In this document: piece after piece, positions 58,471 through 64,000 of the stretch
Position numbering within the stretch: position 1 is the stretch's first letter
Layout: each line of letters opens with the position of its first letter
Assembly (NCBI GenBank): GCA_964016885.1
Contig: OZ024742.1
Span: 99,572,001 to 99,636,000 of the forward strand
DNA from: Eledone cirrhosa
Taxonomy: Eukaryota
Direction: 5' to 3'
DNA length: 64,000 nt
Position numbers and translations under genes: made by a program
The notes under the pieces: generated by a model
What the model was told of the DNA's origin: nothing
Seen by the model: only the letters and a program-made list of their open reading frames with translations
Database searches by the model: none

Positions 58471-58695
58471 ATCCTTACCCCGTAAGGCTGAAAGGCAAAG
58501 TTAACCTCGGCAATAAAGCACCAGTAATGCACTGGAATAAATGCTGGCCTTGTACCAATTGTACAAACAATTATCTCTATGTGCTCACATCCCGCCGAGG
58601 TTAACTTTGCCTGTCATCCTTACGGGATCAATAAAATAAAGTACCAGTAATGCACTGGGATAATTGCTGGCCTTGTGCCAAAAGTAGAAACAATT
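58471..58695 (+). mobile_element. Two SINE family 1 fragments: one with an internal inversion (58471-58573) and one 5'-truncated (58589-58695)
   Basis: Antisense core joined to a sense tail, followed by a sense 3' half. Confidence 0.8.
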
Positions 58696-58758
58696 ATATA
58701 TATATATATATATATGTTTGCATATATATATATATAATCATTATTATTGTTGCTTTTA

Positions 58759-58789
<31 letters not shown>

Positions 58790-58791
58790 AA

Positions 58792-59634
58792 TTGCATTTA
58801 TCTTGCTTTATGTTCATACGAGTTATCACCAAGTCACAACCAGTGACCTCAAGAGACAACAAGGTCCGCCATGTTCAAGAAAGAACATACATACACACAC
58901 ATGCATCTTTAGGTGTTTAGACTCGTGATGTACTTATATTGAGAGAATCTTCCTTAGTATATGGGCAGTTCCCATTAGTACTATATTTTGTATTTCTCCT
59001 ATACGCGGGTTTCCTGGGATTTGCGATAAGTAATCAGTAGACCCCTTAGGTATCATTCCCAGAGCGCCTACAACCAATGATATTGTTTTAGTTCTCAATT
59101 TCCACATTTTTCCAATTTCTATCTCCAGGTCCTTATACTTGCTCAATTTTTCAAATGTTTTTATAGATACATTCTTGTCTATTGGGACGGACATATCAAT
59201 TAGCAGGCATACCCTCTTTTTAAAGTCCCTCAGTATTATATCAGGTCTATTTGCATCTATTTTTCGGTCTGTTTGGATGCTAAAGTTCCACAAGATTGAG
59301 ATGTAAATCTTTTTCAAGTATGGGAGGTGGTTGATGCTCCCACCAATTCTTTTGATGGGGTAGGTCAAAATGCTTACACATTATCCAATGTATGTATTGT
59401 GCAGCTCTGTCATGCCTGTTTAGGTATTCGGTTGGAGCTATAGGACTGCACATTGAAATTATATGATGAATGGTCTCTGGTTGCTTTTTACATACACGGC
59501 ATAATGGGTTGCATCCATTTTTTATTATGTTGTCTTGGTAATTTTTGTTGGCAGACACTGATCTTGTGCTGATATAGTCAGTCCTTCAGTCTCCGATTTC
59601 AGTCCAGAGGATGCCAACCACTGATGGGTTAAAG

Positions 59635-59635
<1 letters not shown>
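58792..59635 (-). mobile_element. 5'-truncated RLE-type LINE (R4/Dong-like, second subfamily)
   Basis: CRVCKKQPETIHHIISMC zinc knuckle; RPDIILRD..LIDMSVP..EKLSKYKDL RLE; frameshifted; 3' end abuts (TAA)n. Confidence 0.92.
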
Positions 59636-59673
<38 letters not shown>

Positions 59674-59685
59674 GTTATTGTTATT

Positions 59686-59832
59686 CCTTGAATCTCAGTC
59701 ATTGATGTTGGTTAACTGGAAAGTCCGTTGGATTGAATATCAAGCCACTACCTGCAGCCTCAGATATTCAGGACGTATCGGAGGGTTCTTGCTGTTCCAA
59801 GCAAGCATGCCTTTTGAAGCGTTCCAAAAAGC
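59686..59832 (-). mobile_element. Very short 3' fragment of the Dong-like LINE
   Basis: Near-identical to 61039-61185; (TAA)n on both sides. Confidence 0.93.
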
Positions 59833-59887
<55 letters not shown>

Positions 59888-59889
<2 letters not shown>

Positions 59890-59968
59890 GCCCATATGTA
59901 CCGTCCTGTATTGTCCTGCACTGTCCTTAAAGTCTACTTCATGTAAACCCTTCTGATTAATAAAGAAA

Positions 59969-59970
<2 letters not shown>
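59888..59970 (+). mobile_element. Probable 3' end of another non-LTR element, with AATAAA and an (ATT)n tail
   Basis: ..ttctgattAATAAAgaaatc followed by (att)n. Confidence 0.4.
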
Positions 59971-60006
<36 letters not shown>

Positions 60007-60007
<1 letters not shown>

Positions 60008-60391
60008 TTTGAGTCTCAGTCATGATGTTAGATAACTGGAACATTTGTTGAAATGAATATCAAGCCAAAACCTGCAGCCTCAGATATTCAGGACGTATTG
60101 GAGGGTTCTTGCTGTTCCCAGCAAGCATGCCTTTTGAAGCGTTCCAAAAAGCGTGAAGGGGCCAATTTTCTTTAACCATCCCCGGAAACTTTTTGAGATA
60201 GTACCTAGTGCGCCTATGACAATCGGGACCACTTTGATATCATGGCAGTTCCAAATCCTTTTTACCTCCCACTTTAAGTCCTGGTATCGGCTAATGTTCT
60301 CCCTCTCCTTCTCTTGCACTCTCGTGTCGAATGGGCAGGCCACATCCACAATCAGGCACGATCTTTTTTCTTTGTCCACAACCACCAGGTC
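60007..60391 (-). mobile_element. 5'-truncated Dong-like LINE copy
   Basis: RLE C-terminus highly similar to the last 100 aa of the long ORF; 3' end at (TAA)n. Confidence 0.93.
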
Positions 60392-60978
60392 GAATGTATG
60401 GTTACATAACCACCGGTGATTTCATCACCTCCGGTGATTTCGTCATTGCCGGTGATTTTTGTGTGGCATTATCACGATGTAGACGAAAATAAATAAACAA
60501 ACAACCCCCCCCCCAAAAAAAAAAAATGAATAAGCATAAGATTCATTGTAATGTAATGTTTGAATGTCTGACTTAGTTTTTCCCTTCCCTTCTCTGTCCG
60601 TCTGTTTGTTTTTCTCTTCATTTTTCTTTTCTTTGCGTTTTTCGTTGTTGCTGTGCTGCTTTGATTTTTATTTTTGGCTTTTTGATTTTGACCGGGTCAT
60701 CAATTCAGTCTATTTATATATTTTGATGCCTTCCTCTTTTAGTGGGGACACTACGATGTAGCAGGGGCTAGTGGGAGAGAATAGCGGCGGTAGAGATAAT
60801 GAGGCAGTGGTGGTGGTGGTAGTGGCGGTTCTGTGCTAGTAGTACCTAGCAGGAGGTAGTGAGAGAGAATAGCGGCGGTAGCGATAATGAGGCAGTGGTG
60901 GTGGTGATGTGATCGTAGTACTGTAGTGATGGTGTTGAAGTTGGAGTAGAAATAGCGGTTGAGGCAACTTGACCAGAG

Positions 60979-60988
60979 TTTATTATTA

Positions 60989-61039
<51 letters not shown>

Positions 61040-61112
61040 CTTGAATCTCAGTCATTGATGTTGGTTAACTGGAAAGTCCGTTGGATTGAATATCAAGCCA
61101 CTACCTGCAGCC
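60979..61112 (-). other. 74-nt 3' UTR of the Dong-like LINE (61039-61112) followed by the (TAA)n target tract
   Basis: The UTR is shared with the copies at 59686 and 60007; all abut (TAA)n. Confidence 0.85.
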
Positions 61113-64000
61113 TCAGATATTCAGGACGTATCGGAGGGTTCTTGCCGTTCCAAGCAAGCATGCCTTTTGAAGCGTTCCAAAAAGCGTGAAGGGGCCGATT
61201 TTCTTTAACCATCCCTGGAAACCTTTGGAGATAGTCCCCAGTGCGCCTATGACAATCGGGATCACTTTGACTTCATGGCAGTTCCAAATCCTTTTCACCT
61301 CCCACTTTAGGTCCTGGTATCGGTTAATTTTCTCCCTCTCCTTCTCTTGCACTCTCGTGTCGAACGGGCAGGCCACATCCACAATCAGGCACGATCTTTT
61401 TTCTTTGTCCACAACCACCAGGTCAGGTCTATTGTGTTCCAGTTTTTTGTCCGTCTGTATCCTAAAATCCCACAGCACCTTCACCTGACTGTTCTCCATC
61501 ACCGCCTCTGGCCTATGCTCATACCATTTCTCAGAATGTGGTAGATTGTTTACTTTGCACAGGTGCCAGTGGATCACCCTGCCCATCACATCGTGTCTCC
61601 AGCCCTTATAGTGGGTCTGGGCTAGGTGTTTACACTCGGACACAATGTGAGCCACAGTCTCCTCTCTCTCTCCACAGATCCTGCACAGTGGGCTAGCCTC
61701 CTCCTTGTAGATATGGTGCTTCAACCACTTCGTTTTGAGGGCCTGCTCCTGCGCAGCCATTAGCATTCCTTCTGTAGCCTTTTTGAGGTCTCCTCTTCTC
61801 AACCAGTTCCATGTCTGTGGATCTTTAAATTCAGTTTTCTCAAAGAAGGTACTATGAAGGGATTTTCCCTTAAGGCTGCTCTTCCTCCTTGATGTTATTT
61901 CCTCCTTGGGTATCCCCTGGCCTACTGTCCCCTCCTTCAGTACAGCTCTGAGCATTGGCTCCTTACTATAGGTCACGTATTTGTATAGGTTGTTTTTCTC
62001 CATCTGAACACAGTCCTCTATGCTGATAAGACCTCTTCCACCCTCAGATCTCCTTAGGTAGAGTCTATCGACATCACTCCTCTTGTGGAACATGTTGTAG
62101 GTAGTCAATAGCTTCCTAGTCTTCCTATCCATTTCTTTTTGTTCAGCAACATTCCATCTCAGAATTCCCGCACTGTACCTAATAATAGACACAGCTCGGG
62201 AATTTACTGCGCTTATGGCATTTCTGCTGTTCAGATGTGACTTCAATACGCTCCTTACTCTCCGAATGTATTCAGTTCTTAACAATTCCTTCATTTTTTT
62301 GTTCTTTATGCCATCAGCCTCCAGAACGCCCAAATACTTGTATCCTTCCTCAGAGTCAATTTCCTTTATCATCTCACCTGTTGGTATCTGGATCCCGTTA
62401 CTTCTGCTCAACCTACCCCTCCTCATCACAATGACTCCACATTTACCAATACCAAACTGCATACATATATCACTGCTGAAAATACGGACAGTGTCAACAA
62501 GCACATCCAACTCCTTCTCACTTTTCCCGAAGAGCTTAAGATCGTCCATGAAGAGGAGGTGATTGATGGTAAGCTCTCCCCTTCCCAACTTGTATCCTGC
62601 TCTCACTTTTCGCAGCATAATGGTCAAGGGCATCAGGGCAAGGACAAACAACAGAGGGGACAGGCTATCGCCCTGGAAGATACCTCTCTTGATCTTCACG
62701 CTTCCCAAGGATACTCCAGTTGATGTCAACTCTGTCTCCCAGGACCCCATACTCCTGCCCAGCAACTGTCTGATGTTATCTGCCACCCTGAAGATCTCCA
62801 GGCTTTTGGTGATCCAGGAATGAGGCACCATGTCAAATGCCTTTCTGTAGTCTATCCATCCCATGGCAAGATCAGTGTGTCTCCTCCTGCAATTCCCCAT
62901 TACCATCTTATCAATAAGCAACTGGTCCTTTGTACCACGTGACTTCTTTCGGCATCCTTTCTGTTCGTCCGGCAACAAGTTGTTTGTGTGGAGGTGATGG
63001 TAGATTTCCTCAGACACAATGCTCGTCAACAGTTTCCACATTACGGGCAGACATGTGATAGGTCTATAGTTGGTAACATCATTACCCTTGATTCGGTCTT
63101 TCATTATCAGAACTGTGGTACCTTTTGTCAACCACTCTGGCACCTCACCCGACACCAAGCAGTCATTGAACATGGCCGTCAGCTTCGGGTGGAGGGATGT
63201 TAAATGTTTAATCCAATACCCCTGCACACCATCTGGGCCTGGTGATTTCCAGTTGGTTAGTTTTTTGGCTTGCCCCTTAAGAGTTTCAACTGTGATACTC
63301 AAATCAGTCTGTTGCTGTGCCTGCTCACCGATCTCCCTCTGTACTGTCTCAATCCACCCTGCCTGGGCATTGTGTCTAACATCCTGCTCCCATATTCCTC
63401 TCCAGAATGTTTTAGCTTGTTCCGCCCCAGGGATCAAGTCGTTGCCTCTTTCTTTCCCCTGAAGCTGTCCAAACAGCATCTTCTGGTTGTTGTCGAACAT
63501 GCGGTTCTGTTTATACTGACTGACTCTGTTCTCATATCGCCTGATTTTGGCACTCTTTGCTACAATGCGTTGCTTCAATTCCTCTATGATAATATTTAGC
63601 TTTTTACTCCTAGTTTTGTATTTTATTTCCAGTCTATTTTTAGTGCCTATGTTTTTTAGTGTCCCATTCAGTAGTGACTCAAGCTTTCCTATGTCATTTC
63701 TCATTTCCCCGATTTGCCCACTCAGTCGCTTCTTCCACCACGGCTCTGCTCTTTCTTGTCTGTTGTTTCCTCTCGCTTTTATACCAAGTAGTTTCCTCAC
63801 CGTATTTGCTGTTGCTTTGAGGATATTGTTGCACTGGTGAAGACTCCTCGCCTCAAGGTATGGGATGTCTTTGTTTACCTTAGCTGTTGTTTCTTTTAAC
63901 TTTTTCCTGTCTACAAATCTTAGGTTCATAGGTCTCCCACTATCATTGTTCAACTCATCTACCACTAAATTTAGGATGTCAACCGAATCTTGTCCTAGCC
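61113..64000 (-). CDS. Non-LTR retrotransposon ORF (RT + CCHC knuckle + restriction-like endonuclease), R4/Dong clade; reading frame open to the window edge
   Basis: At least 950 aa without stops; NYRPITCL, IDYRKAFD, GIFQGDSLSP, LFMDDL, YKYLG, CRIC..HIVSEC, RHD and RPD..D..K motifs. Confidence 0.96.
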   Translation of the reverse strand, partial: LGQDSVDILNLVVDELNNDSGRPMNLRFVDRKKLKETTAKVNKDIPYLEARSLHQCNNILKATANTVRKLLGIKARGNNRQERAEPWWKKRLSGQIGEMRNDIGKLESLLNGTLKNIGTKNRLEIKYKTRSKKLNIIIEELKQRIVAKSAKIRRYENRVSQYKQNRMFDNNQKMLFGQLQGKERGNDLIPGAEQAKTFWRGIWEQDVRHNAQAGWIETVQREIGEQAQQQTDLSITVETLKGQAKKLTNWKSPGPDGVQGYWIKHLTSLHPKLTAMFNDCLVSGEVPEWLTKGTTVLIMKDRIKGNDVTNYRPITCLPVMWKLLTSIVSEEIYHHLHTNNLLPDEQKGCRKKSRGTKDQLLIDKMVMGNCRRRHTDLAMGWIDYRKAFDMVPHSWITKSLEIFRVADNIRQLLGRSMGSWETELTSTGVSLGSVKIKRGIFQGDSLSPLLFVLALMPLTIMLRKVRAGYKLGRGELTINHLLFMDDLKLFGKSEKELDVLVDTVRIFSSDICMQFGIGKCGVIVMRRGRLSRSNGIQIPTGEMIKEIDSEEGYKYLGVLEADGIKNKKMKELLRTEYIRRVRSVLKSHLNSRNAISAVNSRAVSIIRYSAGILRWNVAEQKEMDRKTRKLLTTYNMFHKRSDVDRLYLRRSEGGRGLISIEDCVQMEKNNLYKYVTYSKEPMLRAVLKEGTVGQGIPKEEITSRRKSSLKGKSLHSTFFEKTEFKDPQTWNWLRRGDLKKATEGMLMAAQEQALKTKWLKHHIYKEEASPLCRICGEREETVAHIVSECKHLAQTHYKGWRHDVMGRVIHWHLCKVNNLPHSEKWYEHRPEAVMENSQVKVLWDFRIQTDKKLEHNRPDLVVVDKEKRSCLIVDVACPFDTRVQEKEREKINRYQDLKWEVKRIWNCHEVKVIPIVIGALGTISKGFQGWLKKIGPFTLFGTLQKACLLGTARTLRYVLNI

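Noticed and set aside
61186-63840. Plus-strand ORFs overlapping the LINE
   Set aside because: Antisense shadows of the long minus-strand ORF.

Overview
AT-rich eukaryotic genomic DNA, very likely from an octopod cephalopod (inferred from recognisable SINE/RTE repeat families and very long (TA)n/(CA)n tracts). I cannot support any host protein-coding gene; the window is intronic or intergenic and filled with retroelements. It contains an apparently intact RLE-type (R4/Dong-like) LINE ORF running off the right end, with three truncated relatives stacked in (TAA)n tracts. It also has several RTE and Tx1/L1 remnants, more than 10 tRNA-derived SINE copies with TSDs, and many Penelope-like element (PLE) remnants. 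The PLE remnants sit in (TA)n tracts, often as fold-back palindromes, and carry about a dozen minimal hammerhead ribozyme motifs. The most striking observation is an RTE copy (10421-10941) with dense, strand-specific A-to-G hypermutation relative to its sister copy (43575-43855). This is the pattern expected if an ADAR-hyperedited RNA was reverse-transcribed back into the genome. All alignments and counts were done by eye.
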